DNA of 63,916 bases, filler included, from Lenisia limosa (lineage: Eukaryota; Protista; Breviatea): the NCBI GenBank assembly GCA_001655205.1. It is 11 parts of 11 records of this genome, joined end to end, with 100 filler letters (N's around TTAATTAATTAA, not from the genome) between each part and the next. Parts side by side here need not be neighbours in the genome. Positions count along the whole stretch, not along the records: positions 12,757 to 19,143 come from LPNZ01004710.1; positions 19,244 to 21,817 come from LPNZ01004981.1; positions 21,918 to 39,805 come from LPNZ01006315.1; 8 more parts are not named here. One strand, given 5' to 3'. Each line of letters starts with the position of its first letter. The first letter of the stretch is position 1. The notes below the pieces were generated by a model. It did not search any database, was not told the DNA's origin, and was given only the letters and a program-made list of their open reading frames with translations. Below, in pieces: positions 13,190 through 27,345 of this stretch. The position numbers were made by a program, and so were the translations under genes.

Positions 13190-16100
13190 CCGATTTAGGT
13201 CTTCAGCTTTACGATGGTGGTTTTATAAGATCCTTCGACATCAATGATTTCACTGGGTGCTGAGAGAACCTCAACAACCTAAACACATAAGACTTCATTT
13301 CATGCACTTTTTTATCAACCCTGCAGGTCACACTACAAAATGCAAATGCGTGAGGAAGAACCCTACACAGCAGTCCCTTATAGCAGCAGTCCCCCTCATA
13401 CAGCCGCAGTGTAGGCTGACGAACGACACATTGACTGATTCAGAAAGTCCATACCAAACAGCCTGGTGGGGCTACATTCTAAAACCGTGACTAACGAAGC
13501 AAAGTTCACAAAGGTTCACTTCAATAGGAGGAATTTACTTCGGCTCCTGTTCTTCAAATGAATAGTATCAGAGTTGAAAGGAGAGAAAGAAGAGGCAGGA
13601 AGGAATAAATTGAAGAGATCCACAATGAAAAGCTCACAACCCATTAGTGTCCCCAAAATACCTCCCCAGAAGTAAAACGCCGAATGAACGGCTGACGTAA
13701 TCTTGGTTACCTTTTTACCCGAGTCACAACCCGCATTTGCATAAGACGTTAGGTCATACTGGAATGGTGAAACAAACATTGCAATTCAAGACGTTTTCAA
13801 ATAATACAGCCCATTTAGATCGGTTAGATCCCACCACCCCAAAAACAGTGGAGGCAGGGAAGGATATCCTGAGTTTCTTCCATCTTTATTCTTCATGTAA
13901 CATTCTTCTCCATAACCCCCCTCTCCTCAACAGAAACATCTGTTGTTTGATCCTACCCCCAAGAGGAATATTTATTAATCCTCCACCAACATGATATTCG
14001 TTACCTCCCCACCCCACCCCCCTTTACAGGAATATTTGTTGCATCCATCCACCCTCACAGGAATATTTGTTGCATCCATCCACCCTCACAGGAATATTTG
14101 TTGCATCCATCCCGGGGAACAAGCCGTCCCGATGAGTACACCCATAAATTGAGCCATCATCTGCATGAGTTAAAAAGGGGAGTAGGTGGGGGATTCACTA
14201 TGCTTCACAAATTCTCGAAAAATACCCAAAAAATAACGATAGGTTTTTCACTGGAATTAAGTTTGTAATTTCAATCTGAAATAGCTATTAACTAGCATGA
14301 TCTTACCCTTAAAGTAGAGACAGCCGCCATGGTAATTGCAGTGAATACTGACGACTCCGGTTTGCACAGTAGAGTGTGCCTGAACTATCAAAAAAACTTA
14401 AGGGAATTCAAAATTGACTTGAACAAAATAAAAAAGAACACACAAATTTAACTCCTATACTGAGGTTATTATAAACTCATTGGACGTTGAGTAAATACTC
14501 AATCGTACCAAAGTTAGAGTTGAAGAAACTGCTGACAAGCAAGTTGATTGGTAGGCAGGGTCATTTGTTGATCGTCCGTAGATTTTGCCCGATTCTAAAG
14601 ATAAGAAACTCAATCATGTATGATACACTACTACATATCATATGGAATGATAATAGAAATTTGGTAAAACAAAACATATTACAGTAGCTATATTATATCA
14701 TATCATATGATATATAGTAGTTGGTGTTATAAAAAGAAATTTCCATCAAGACTTCCCTTTCAGTATTAACAACATTATAAATATGGTAGAGTATCATCAA
14801 TTTCTCCATCTATTACAATAGTTGGGCTTTCCTCTCACCAAAACATAGAATATCTTGCTAAATCTTTGAAATAATGTATTTTCACGGTCTTTTCCGTATC
14901 GCACAAGGAAAGCCATACATCACATAATACCCACCTGTCAAAACAACCAACGGTTTGTGGAAAGATATTTCTTTGATTGTCTAAAACAGTGATGACGGAA
15001 TAAGGAAAAGATCAGTTTATAATTATGGGTTAGAATTGAATGCGTTTTGTAAAGAGAGTAACAAATAAAGAAAACTAATAATACATATTAACATAAATAA
15101 TAATGAGAACTAAAAAATCTCATATGATATGCTATAAAATATCAATACCGATTTATTCATATCTCTCCACCAGCTGTGATATTTTGTGATATCGAATAAA
15201 TTTAAATTACCAAAAATAAACAAAAACAGCGATACACTAGCCGCGATAAATCCTGACAGAGATATTGAGCTTTATCTTTCATCAATCATGTCAGGACTTG
15301 TCACAGTCAGTTTACATTCCTACCTCGCCGGCAGGTGTGACATCGGGTACAGCAGGACCAAAAGCTGTGGAGGTTGTGGATGACAGCGCGGCATATGCAT
15401 TATAACCTCCAGCATAGTAGCTGCCGTCATCTATGACAGTTAAGACATCAACTGGTGTTGTTGAGTCATTTGAAAATACAACTTGTTTAGGTTTAGTTAT
15501 TTTTGGCTTTAAGGTTTGGTGAAATGACTGGGCATAAACATCATTTATGATGAAGCAATTATATCAAAGAGTTTGAGCATGAGCATAGAAACACCCAATG
15601 TTGTGGTCAGAATAATTTTGAAGGAAACAAAAGCCAAAATCAGATGGGCAAATATCTAAATAAGTAGAAACTTTGAAAAATATTGAAGCTTATCTCATAG
15701 TTTCCATTGTTTCCCCCTCACCTAATTGCACCATCGATGCGAGGTAGGAGGTTTGGAGTTTCGTAGCAATTCGTCCAGCAGGCATTGCAGCCTATTATTG
15801 TCAATAACAATCTTAGAACTAGTGATTGTCGTTTCTAAGGCCGTCCTCTCCGGGTATAGAGCCCTAAAACCCCCGTTACCTATTACATCCATGGATGTCA
15901 ACTCCAGTGAAAATTATTTATGGGAAACAAACTGACATCTTATATAATTATATAACGTGCTTCATTTCACATTTTGGAATTCAATAACAAGTCACATCAA
16001 AAGGGGGGTGATCTTGAAACCCTCTCTTGTACAGTACAATATTTGTATTTTTAATTGTATTTTTTATGTGTAATTTGTATTTTTACTTGATTCGTTATGT

Positions 16101-18860
16101 GTAATTTGTATTTTTACTTGTATTTTATTATGTGTTTTGTTCAATCTGCCTATTCCACCCCATTACATCCCTCTCCTCCCCAACTTCAAGAACTAGGTTG
16201 GAGGCAGTGGTTCTCAAGAGTTCATTGTATTCATTTCTTCCCCATGAAAAGACCTTTCCGCTTCCTTCAATGGTTAGAAAAGGAACAAATGAAAGCACTA
16301 TGCTTTCAGACAGAATATTGCCCAAAAATCCGCGAAACACTTAGTATTTTTGGTCTATTTGGGACCTAAGGGAGAGCTAAGTCATACCTGTGAGAACCAC
16401 TGCATGATAGCCTCCAGTTTGGAAATTGACCACTGTTTCTCCCATTGTTTGGAAATCCGCTCTGAGGCATTAGCAAAAGCTATCTTTGAATTCATTGCAT
16501 ATTGATAAAGTAAAGTCAGATGCTAAAACAGTTTGATACTATGTGTTCGGTTTTGATGAAGAAAAATACAACTCCATCAAAAAATGAACTCAGAGTGAAT
16601 ACTATCGCGGATTGTCAAAAAATATTGTCTGTATTAGACCGAAGGGACGCCATAACCATACCTTAGTGTGGGTACGCTTACATCGGATGTTCCTGTACCT
16701 GCTATCAGATTGTACGTATTACGCCCGATGCACGTGATTTTGTAGTCTGTAAAGTGAACACGGACACTATCAAAAATGATTTCATGTAGTATCACAAAAT
16801 ATACTACAACGCATATCATATAGTAGCCTTTGTCATATCATGTGTACCCCTCCCTGTGTTTCAGATAATGAACTCTCTGGACTCTAAAAAAATGCAAAAA
16901 TTATGAAAATATTTTGTATTTCGCTGAGCACGACACACTTCGGGATGAAAAAAGAGAAAATCTCGAGAAATCCTCGAAAATGTTGATCTATAGTTTTTTT
17001 TTTCGGACCAAGGGGAAGCCCAATCAACAGTTCAGCCAACCAGTGTCTAGAGCACAATAGGCTCCGACCAGTCCTTGCGGAATTAAAACGGTTTCACTCC
17101 AGCCATTTACGTTCGTCAATTTCTCAATATTCGGGCTCCACACGTCAGAGGGCTACAAATGTGACGCAAAAAATGTTGTATTCATAAGATAGCATTTATT
17201 AGATAATGATATTGGGGCTCCGTGATACAATAGGAGGAAATATGAAATATCAACTGTGAGTGGACTTAAGTCTAAATATCATTAGGGTTCTTGCGGATCT
17301 GTTTTGTAAAAAAAACAGAGCTTAAATGGATTTCTCTTTGCAATATGTCCAATTAATTGCTCAATTTATTGATCGGACCAAAGGATACGATATGTACATA
17401 GAACCAAAGGTATCGCCTTTGTCAAGTAAACAAGGAATTAGGCTTCACCATTGCTGAATCCCACCCACATATCCCAAAGCACTGTTTTCGTTCTGGCCGC
17501 ACACAGAAATTGGACCGCCTAAAAAGATCATTTGGGGGGGGGGGGGGNNNNNNNNNNNNNNNNNNNNNNNNNNNNNNNNNNNNNNNNNNNNNNNNNNNNN
17601 NNNNNNNNNNNNNNNNNNNNNNNNNNNNNNNNNNTGCTAGATCAAGTCCCCCCTCCGCCAACTTCCGCACAATCCGTGCATGTCAAATGTCTTTTCCGCT
17701 GTACAAGCCTGAACAGGGAATGAGAAAAGGGGGTGTGATAGAAGATGTAGAGCTGTAAATGTATTATACTATGACACCTGGAACAGTAATTTCGGTAAAA
17801 AATGAATATTTTATCCAGCTCAACCAAAATAAAACCATTGTACCCCCCCCCCCCNNNNNNNNNNNNNNNNNNNNNNNNNNNNNNNNNNNNNNNNNNNNNN
17901 NNNNNNNNNNNNCGTTTCCATTGAGTTTGCTTGTATCCTCAGCTTACCGTGTAATGGGTCCCAGCAACTCCAAGACAACTGTACTCACAGACGGTTCCAT
18001 AATCAACATAATCTAAAAACGTGAAAGAAAGGTGAATAAAACAGAAGGAAACAAAAGAAGGGCAAAGGGTCAGTATTAGAAATCGCTCAATTTTCTGGGA
18101 AATTAATTGTGAATTGAATAGCGAGATATATTTTACCAGATATACAAATGTTGTCCAATAACTTCTACAAAAAAACCAACACACAGAATTCAAGCTGAAT
18201 AGTTGAACCCGACCCACCAGCCGTGCAATTTGTCGACTCCGCAAGGGCTAATTCACTCAAAGTTGAACATTGTGCTGAAATCTGTCAATTGTAGGGCTTT
18301 ATTATATACTCTCTCTTTTTTGAATATGAGGAAGGTATATTATTATGAAGATTGATGATATTGGCTCATCTAAAATGAGTTGGTATTGTTTTAGCGTAGT
18401 CATAAAAGTGTTATTTTACGAAAAAGAAATATGATATTCTCCACATACAAATTACACAACGCGGGGTGTCAGTCCATCCTCCTTCAAAAGTGCAAGTAAT
18501 TCGCTTGGACGTATATGCTAGCTCGTAGCCTGTTGGGCATTCACCCTGCCATAACAATAAAAATTGAAAGCGCTAGTCAAAGTGCTATGTTTGGTAGGTC
18601 CCAAAGTAGCACTTTCTATTCTAGTGTCTATCAAAAAAGCTGGAATGTACATATCGATATAGGCTCAGCCGGGGCTTTTATTGAGTCCCCCCCCCCCCAC
18701 TGTCACAGTTAAGTCAGCAGACCAGCCAGCCGAGGTCAACTTAAGTCCCGAGAAATCCGCTTCTAACCCCTCATCAATAGGAGGCCCCATAGAGCAGCGC
18801 ACCGCTGAAGAATTAGACTTGCAGCTGAGTAGACAAGCTAATAAACGGATTGTTAAAAAA
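13190..18860 (-). CDS. Cys-rich Sushi/CCP-like + RCC1/BLIP-II-like repeat protein, paralog 1
   Basis: Sushi-like exons GECPTGYELAYTSKRITCTFEGGWTDTPRC and DYVDYGTVCEYSC..ACT. RCC1-like exons ITCIGRNTYNLIAG, VVNFQTGGYHAVVLT-GSGKVFSWGRNEYNEL and DDGSYYAGGYNAYAAL. Final exon EIIDVEGSYKTTIVKLKT*. Confidence 0.65.
14031..14110. repeat. ~31-bp tandem repeat x~3 (AATATTTGTTGCATCCATCCACCCTCACAGG)
   Basis: Direct head-to-tail copies with no unique spacers. Confidence 0.85.
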
Positions 18861-19677
18861 ATACAGCGCTACAAATAACAGAAAAGGATGGTTTTACTCA
18901 TCACAATATCAGCTTGAATTAAAATTAGGATTCTGGACACATATAAAATATTAGTATAATATATTACATGGATACTACTAGATATATGACGTAATATACA
19001 TATCATATCATATCTTATGTATTATACATAGTATCATTGTATGTACTGTATGTCTATATCTTCATATGATGTGATGATGATATAGTATATATATAAAAGT
19101 TAGTATATCAAGCTAGATATATATTATACATATAAAATATAGANNNNNNNNNNNNNNNNNNNNNNNNNNNNNNNNNNNNNNNNNNNNTTAATTAATTAAN
19201 NNNNNNNNNNNNNNNNNNNNNNNNNNNNNNNNNNNNNNNNNNNCCCCCCCCCCCCCTATATGTGATTACTTAAATACGTATACAGTGACTGCGATAAGTA
19301 AAACTTAATGCCCGTTTCAGGATTTATCGCGGACAGGGGGGTTAGGCATAGTGAGTCATATCCAGCAAATAGAACCACACAGACACAATCCCTTCCCTCC
19401 GCAAAAGATATTTATAAAAAGTCAGATCTAACGGCACTTTTCTTTTTGGGGAATTGAAGGGATAGTGTCTGTGTTGTTCTTTTTGTTAGATATGTCTTTC
19501 AATATACTATATATATATATAGTATAATAAATATATTACAGTTTGGAAACAGATAAGAAATATGTTTAGCTCATATTCAAATAACTTGTATGATATGGAA
19601 TCGACTCTTTGTCATATCTTTTGTGATCCAAACATTTATTTAATCATTATAAAGTGTGAAATTAATTCACATTTCAG

Positions 19678-21043
19678 ACCCACGCCGGCGTAGTGATTTC
19701 TGTCAATATGGACAGCCTGCCTCAAACTCCCGATGGTCTTGATGTCGCTATCCGTTCGTGGATGGAGGGTTTTTCATCTTTATGTGACAAAAATGCCGTG
19801 TTTTTGAATTGGTCGATTTTATCAACAACAAGGATTATTGAAAATGATTGCAGCCTTCTGGTCCGCTTTTCCTTTTTTTCACCCCATATAGTCCCTCTAC
19901 CAACAGGGGAGTTCGACGAATGCCGCTGCAGGCTCTTAACTCAAATGAGCCTTATGAGGTGATGCATGTGAAATACACTTGTCATTAATTATTTTTATTT
20001 ATTTTTTTTGTTCCAGTGATAAATTTTCGATAATTTCAACAAGGCAAGGCTAATAAAGACAAAAATTGAGTAACCTTTTAGAGCGCATGTTTGGTCCGGC
20101 AAAATGTGCGCGGATCCGAAAGAGGAGCAATGGTGAGGGGGAATGATCTCAAAGATGATTTGTGTTTGTCTTATATATTTATTTTTATACCTCTCGTATG
20201 CTGCTCTTTGTCCTTTTCTATCATCTATATAATGTCGCTTCTCCTTTACCTGTTGCTGAAGTTGCCACTGACACGACAAAGAAGAATTTCACAGCTCACA
20301 AGGCCCCACACACACACACAGTTATTTGAGCGGGGAGAAACCTGGGGACTACACCTCACTTCCGCCGCAGTAGTTTTTTTTTTTTCTTCAGCTGCTCAAG
20401 TTTACCCGTAATCTCTCTGAGAAAGATGGGCAATACTATTTCAGCAACACAAAACAGTTCCAAAGTTGTGAAATACATGCAGTTTTAGGAAAGTTAATAA
20501 TCAGAAAACCGTATTATCACAAGGCCATAGCGCCTCGCCCGATGGAAATGAGGGTGACAGCCTTCTCAGTCTCAATGACCACATGCTGACAGAAGGGGGT
20601 AATACGCCAAACGTCAGCCATTTTCGATGACATGATAGAAGAGGGTTACGCGCCGAACGTCAGCCATTTTCGATTGCCTGGGCTTTGTCATAAATTTTCC
20701 AATTTTACTCCCCAGGACTGCGGCTCGTGAGAAGTTCGACAAGAAATACGGCAATATTGAAGGCGGTTCATTGGCAGAGAAAACTGTCACGCTTATTTCA
20801 ACTGCACAAGTGGGGGGTGAGGTAGCGTGACAGCCATTGTTTGATNNNNNNNNNNNNNNNNNNNNNNNNNNNNNNNNNNNNNNNNNNNNNNNNNNNNNNN
20901 NNNNNNNNNNACCACTCAAGGTTGTATTCATACCCTCAGACACTCCTTCAGCACCTTGGATTCTACATGGCGCTAGCGCCAATAGATGGCAGTTATTCCG
21001 ACGCCACTGTCGCCGCTGTGGAGGTGGGGCCCCGGGTTTATTA
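19678..21043 (+). CDS. Unidentified multi-exon gene; last visible exon resembles a peptidoglycan-binding-like (PGBD) helix pair
   Basis: Phase-compatible exons ...SLLSLNDHMLTEG-GLRLVRSSTRNTAILKAVHWQRKLSRLFQLHKWG-TLLQHLGFYMALAPIDGSYSDATVAAVE. Confidence 0.45.
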
Positions 21044-23035
21044 TTGAATATTTGTTGGAAGGTTTCGGCCAGATATAAATTATGTTTTTATATTCAAAAA
21101 CAATAATACCCCCCCCCCCTGACCGGCCCGGCTTTGTTTGTTTATTNNNNNNNNNNNNNNNNNNNNNNNNNNNNNNNNNNNNNNNNNNNNNNNNNNNNNN
21201 NNNNNNNNNNNNNNNNNNNNNNNNNNNNNNNNNNNNNNNNNNNNNNNNNNNNNNNNNNNNNNNNNNNNNNNNNNNNNNNNNNNNNNNNNNNNNNNNNNNN
21301 NNNNNNNNNNNNNNNNNNNNNNNNNNNNNNNNNNNNNNNNNNNNNNNNNNNNNNNNNNNNNNNNNNNNNNNNNNNNNNNNNNNNNNNNNNNNNNNNNNNN
21401 NNNNNNNNNNNNNNNNNNNNNNGTCGTTAGTAGTAGGGCTTCACTTAGGTCCGAAAAATACGAGGAATTCAGTCTTCTTTCGAACCAAAGCGAATCCCTA
21501 CTAGTCAGACATCCCCCACCCCCATCAAACATTAACTTTATACCTACGGCTTCACTTTGGTTCGAAAAAAGACTGAATTTTTCTCGATAAATCCTCTAAA
21601 AGTATCGATATTTTCCCGAACTAAAGTGACGCCCTCTCTCCATAGATTGTTGAAGTGTTTTATCTCTTCTTAAAAAAATCCAACATCAATTTCCCCTAAT
21701 GCATCCCTATTTAGCCCATGGCAGCGTCTGGTCATCTCACCCCGTCCTGTCTTAGTGCAATGAGGTCCCAAGTGTATGGACTGAAAGACAGCTTGCAAGC
21801 CTTGGGGGTCACCGTATNNNNNNNNNNNNNNNNNNNNNNNNNNNNNNNNNNNNNNNNNNNNTTAATTAATTAANNNNNNNNNNNNNNNNNNNNNNNNNNN
21901 NNNNNNNNNNNNNNNNNCCCCCCCCCCCACCCACAAAAAAGTATGACTCGGATTTGCAAATAAATGTATACTCCTACATTGTTGCATTCTTCAGCCCAGA
22001 CACAATTATTGGCAGCCGACACTCCGAAGGTAGGCGGCGGTTTTTGGCTTTCTCTGATTCTTGGCCCTTTCAAGGGGTGTATCTCCATACTACTGGAAGG
22101 TGAATGGGGAATTTACCATCAAGTAAATAACCGTATTTTACCTGGGCACAAGACGGTTTTGATTATTACTTTGAAAAACAGACATTATATGAAAGGACTG
22201 TTAAATATTACATATTTTTTTCATTGTATTTTATCACCAATTGACTCAACTCCTCCTCTTTCTCTCTACAACCACAATATAATTAAAATTAGAGAAGAAT
22301 AGTAGAAGAAGTGAAAAAGAATAATGAAGATGAAAGAAGAGTCATGTCTAGATCCCAGAGATCTTTAAAATACACAACTTGCCAAATATAGAAATCTGGT
22401 CAATATAAATCTGAGCCACCTATCTCATTAACATGCAAACAACCTCTTGGGCTTATGTACAACAATTAAATGAGCTTATTTCACCTTTTATATAGTTGAA
22501 GAACAAAATATCTGTTCTTATCATCTCATACATTGAACTTCAAGATTATACGCAACTGAAACAGTAATATTGAATACGTACAATCAGATGAATGATTATC
22601 AATAATTCAACCACAGTCATATTAACAACTGCCAAGAATGTCCAATGATTTACCAAGAATAGTAGGTAAGTAAACATTTACAACAAGTGCATTCCTTCCA
22701 TTTTATGTATTTTGATTAATATACCAAGACATGTCACTATTTTGATACTGTATGCTTTTATACATAGGTCAAGACTAACCACCATCTATGCAATATATTA
22801 AAATTTGTTGTGTAGGTATTTTGATTTAATAGCATATTTGCAATTTGATTTCATGGAAACACTCACCTTGTTCATTGAATCTCACCAAAAAAGACATAGA
22901 CGAGTGTAATGCTAAAGTGGCAGAACACGAAGAATCCAGTCAGCATATGACCCAGTTCGCTCATTTCAGGTTGGCATTTAAATTCCTATTCTGTCATCTT
23001 CTTTATATTGGGCTTCACTTCGGTTCGAAAAATAA

Positions 23036-23135
23036 TAGAGCTTCACTTTCGTTTCCAAAAAAGACTGAATTCTCGATAAATCCTCGATAAATATCGATAT
23101 TGTGTCGGTCTTTTGGAACCAAAAGTGAAGCCCTA
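23036..23135. mobile_element. hAT-like MITE family A copy, preceded by an orphan TIR (23008-23035)
   Basis: TAGAGCTTCACTTTCG...AAAAGTGAAGCCCTA, opposite orientation to the 2691 copy. No clean TSD. Confidence 0.75.
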
Positions 23136-23504
23136 TATTAATAAATCAGGCAATTGAGTACATCTGTCAAAGTTGTGTTGCTATGTTCCAATAAAATGAA
23201 GGAATTTAATGATAGCCGCCACCATTAACTAAAATTAACATGTATTTCTCATTTATTCAGAATTGCACACGTGATTCGAACGGTCAGTCAATGGATCATG
23301 AAGGGAATTGGAATTTATGTTGTAATTGTTCTGTAATACTACTTTTTATGTTTCTAACCTGATACAGAATACTGTAGAAGCTCACTTGGGAGTTGTGGTA
23401 AGCTAAAAATAACGATAAATCCTATTCAGTTACATTGCCAACTTGCATTCATGAGATAAGCTATATTTTTTGAGGCTCCCTTGAAATGTTTGAAAAAAAT
23501 TGTA

Positions 23505-26500
23505 CATGATATTTATGCAGAGTGCGATTTCAACAACATTACGAGATCTCGAAATCGAACTTCCTTACTTGGTAAGCATGTCACTGCTATCAAATCAATG
23601 CGTATTTTAAAAACAATATTCTCAAAATTGTCAATAAAAACCCTAACTTCTGGTATTTTGAATTATTTTAGTAATATTGTAGCAAACGAATCTGGTGCCT
23701 TTAATATCGAAAATAGAGGACCTTGATAAGGTAAATAAGTTGCTTGGAGTACAGATAATTGTAAATTAAATTTCAAGAATATTATCTGTATAAATCAAAA
23801 TATAGCTCTGTTATAACTGTTCAGTTTATCAGCTCTTCAAAACAAAATTACAATTTGTACATTGTTGAAGCTATTGGCTATTCGGTAAATAGTGCACACG
23901 GTTTGAGTGGTGGTGTTGACAAAAAAGACGGAATATTTTGATATACTAATGGGGGCTTTACAGTCTTTGCAACATCGATAGCCTTAATCTTTTTAGATAA
24001 TATGATAATATATCTCAGACCAGATATAGATATACATAACATACATGGATATAGTACATATCACATTTAGTTTCACAAGGGTTTATTTTCGTTCCAAAAA
24101 CGACCGCTAACATATCAATATAAATCGAGGAAGTTCCAAGTATTTATTCGTTTTGGGGATTGTAAGGAAGCCTAAGGTATTATTAACTCTAAATTAATAA
24201 TGTAACTTCATATTATTATTATCATGTATAATTATACAACAACTAACCATATCGTAAAAGCAATAGTGGTAACATACGGCCAAATACAATTAGACACATG
24301 TAAAATTGTTTGAACTCTGATGAATCGGTTGGTATCACCATTATTTACAATGTAATGTCAAGAAGTTGCGTACTATGCAAATCCAAATTAATTTATGAGA
24401 TTGTCAAAATCAGTACGAATCCCAAGTCGGTGACTCGTAGTGACAATTTGACATGTTACAACTTTACACAATCATAAACATCTAAACATTTTTGGTTGTG
24501 ACCATTCAGACTATGTATCAATCGCGTGCAAGCACTATGACACCCGCATCTATGTTAAGTGAGATGGATTGTGACTAAGTTCTTGTGATTGCAATTGTAA
24601 GTGTAATTTTTTATTGAAGTAATTTGTTAAAATAAAGAACACACTGCAATTAGATGGAGCATACGGTGAGTTTTTCCCTTATCAGAGATCTATTCGATGC
24701 CCATACATGGCTATATGATATCGATATATCATATTTTTGTTTGACACTAAATCGTACACTGCCTTAATGTTGATAATAATTTAAATCCCTTATTCTCTAG
24801 TTCTCTTTTGACGATCACACATTTTCCAAATAATCTTCGATTTGTTGGAATTGATGACACGTAAGGATGGATACCGACTCGATTATCTTAATTAATGGAT
24901 AATAAAATCTTGTATAATTTAGAAATACCGGCTAGTATGTCACAGAATACTTCATCACGATTTTCACAATTTATATTTTCATATTATTCACAAATATGAC
25001 TTGAAAATATCACTGCTTAATTCGAAATGATGATCCAGAGTGCCTTCGTTCTTTGCAATTGGCTACCTTGCTGGTCTGTTGACTGAATCTAAAAAAGTAC
25101 GTCACATGCTATACAACCATTTTGCAATACCAAGGAAATTAATAATAAATCTTAATTCGAAGCACTCTGGTGTACTTTCTCATTGTCCATATATTAACAA
25201 CATTTTTTTTGTCAATATCATTGTCCATATATTAACAATAGGTTGGAGTTGTTACTGGGAACAATTCTGACGTGCTACTGTATGGTATCGAAAAAGGTAA
25301 GAAAATTTAAGAATAACGATTTGAACTCAGGTCTTTCATACTCTCGAAAAAGACTATAGAAATAACGATATTTACCAAGTACTTCTACATTGTCTGTGTA
25401 CCATTACTCTATAATTAACTAAACAGAGAACCCTAAAACGGTGGCTCGAAATGAAACTAACAATATAACACCAGGTGTTGCCGAGTCTTGTCCAGAATGC
25501 AGCATTTTTGCCTCAACAAACGGCTACTTCAGCTCCGAGTTTTCAGTTTCCGACGCCCTCTCTCTTATTCAGTTATATGTAGGTAGTTCAAATATCTTCT
25601 TCAGTTATATGTCGGTATCTCCATCTTATTCACAATCTAAGTTGACACGTCCTTTACTTCTTATCCAGCTCTCCTTTGAAAATACCCCCACTCATATCGC
25701 TCCTATCCCCTATTCCCCTCCCCCTGTTCCACCATTTCTCACTCTTTTGTAATAGTTTTACAAAGAAACATTGAATATAATGAAGAATTTCGCGAAAATG
25801 AATGCATTTGTATTTCAAGAAACTGAAATATAGGATAATAACGAGCTGAATTGTTAATAATAAGCAATGCATAAAGGGACAATATCTTTAACTTTTTCAG
25901 AATACTGATGTTATTATGTCGCTCACTGATGGTTACACCACTTGCCAAGGTGGGAGAGTATCTGAGAGTCAAATGTCAAAAAACAGTAGAAATCGGGAAT
26001 AAACTATGAAGAATCGACTTGTAAATCCCATATTGCTTTTGGCAACCCCATAAATATCTACTTATTTCAATACCTCCATGGGATTTTAGTTTAAATAATA
26101 AAGCACTATATATTGATGAATATCAAGTCGATTCACCGTAGCATTAGAGTATATTCTCTCATAATACTCCAATATACTAGTATTTTAAAAATATCTTTGC
26201 ATTCAATTGAAGTCCTTCAATTTCAATATTATAATAACGAACAATATCTTCAATCAACATCGATGATTTGTTTGGAGATAGTGTTTCTACTATCAGAATA
26301 TTCTACACCTTTATAAATATCACCTCATAGAGATCATCAGGACCTATCACTATTTGTTATATTCAGCAGTTGTAAAGTATTTGATTGAGAACAACATTTA
26401 CTATTATCACCATTTATAAAAACATTTAGAAACATTAAAATATATAATTAACACCATTGTTGTCTGAATTTGCAACACAACTGTCATGACATGGCCTTTA

Positions 26501-27345
26501 GCCGTTATTAAGAACCGAGTGCTCTGTTCATCTCTGACTGGACCTCACAGAGGGATTCTTGGTGACTTTTTATTCACTTCTGGGGTAGGAAATTTACTAA
26601 GCTAGTTAAAGGGGACAGATGGGTAAATTTTAAAAAAGGCAGAAGGAAGCGGATTAAAAGTGGATACAATGATAGGAGTATCAACTGGCGTTATGTGACA
26701 ATATATTTTAAACACGATACAGAATTATTATACGAAAACAAAACAAATATAAGAGTATTTAGGAAATATTGCCGTATATGAAATATGATGAACTTTAGGA
26801 TCAAATAGCTCTTTATTAAGTTTATAATTCAACCCCCCAGATAAACCATTTTATTCTGATATCATCTTTTAAATTAAATGATCTTAACAAAAACACTGAG
26901 TAGCGGGATTAGTTTGCAACTCTCCGATTGCTAATCTTTTTAGATATTTTTGCCACATGATGAGTTCAAAGAAATGGTTTGTTTTACTATATGCAACTTT
27001 TTAATCCTCTCATACAATGATGAAAGTATTCTGATGGGTTTTAACATGTCTAATAATATGATTATTTCGCACAAACAATATACCTGAAGTAACACATAGC
27101 TTCATACAACATGGTAGTAGGGTGATGGGTCTGTGCTTTATATGAGAAGAAGATTGATAGTGGCATGTGAAACTAATGTGTAGACAATATCAGCAACATA
27201 TCATATGTAATTTAATAACTTAAATTGAAAACTGTCACCAATTATGTAGATCAATGCAATCAAAACCAAGACCTTCACACAACTGGAGCACAGAATTCAA
27301 GGGACTTACAAAATTGAAACACTTTCAAACCTTGTACCCAAAGAG
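23505..27345 (+). CDS. Exons encoding a BMP-family (PBP type-1, basic membrane lipoprotein-like) ligand-binding domain
   Basis: Exons 25039-25096, 25242-25296 and 25475- splice to VPSFFAIGYLAGLLTESKKVGVVTGNNSDVLLYGIEKGVAESCPECSI. Later exons give NTDVIM and YLLYSAVVK. These parallel the BMP motifs GYLA..TKT.KVG, GADVI and VLTS.VK. Confidence 0.55.

Noticed and set aside
14031-14110. CRISPR-like direct repeats (also 113-165 and 4650-4750)
   Set aside because: No unique spacers or cas genes and a eukaryotic context; these are simple tandem duplications.
18940-19143. Recurrent TATCATATGATA palindromes in AT-rich tracts
   Set aside because: Consistent with low-complexity (AT/ATC) microsatellite background.
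22340-22500. Possible hAT transposase relic (CLDPR; WAYVQQLNELISPF)
   Set aside because: The motifs are in the wrong order and different frames with many stops, too weak to call.
22885-22970. DIDEC calcium-binding EGF start
   Set aside because: It lacks the remaining five EGF cysteines.
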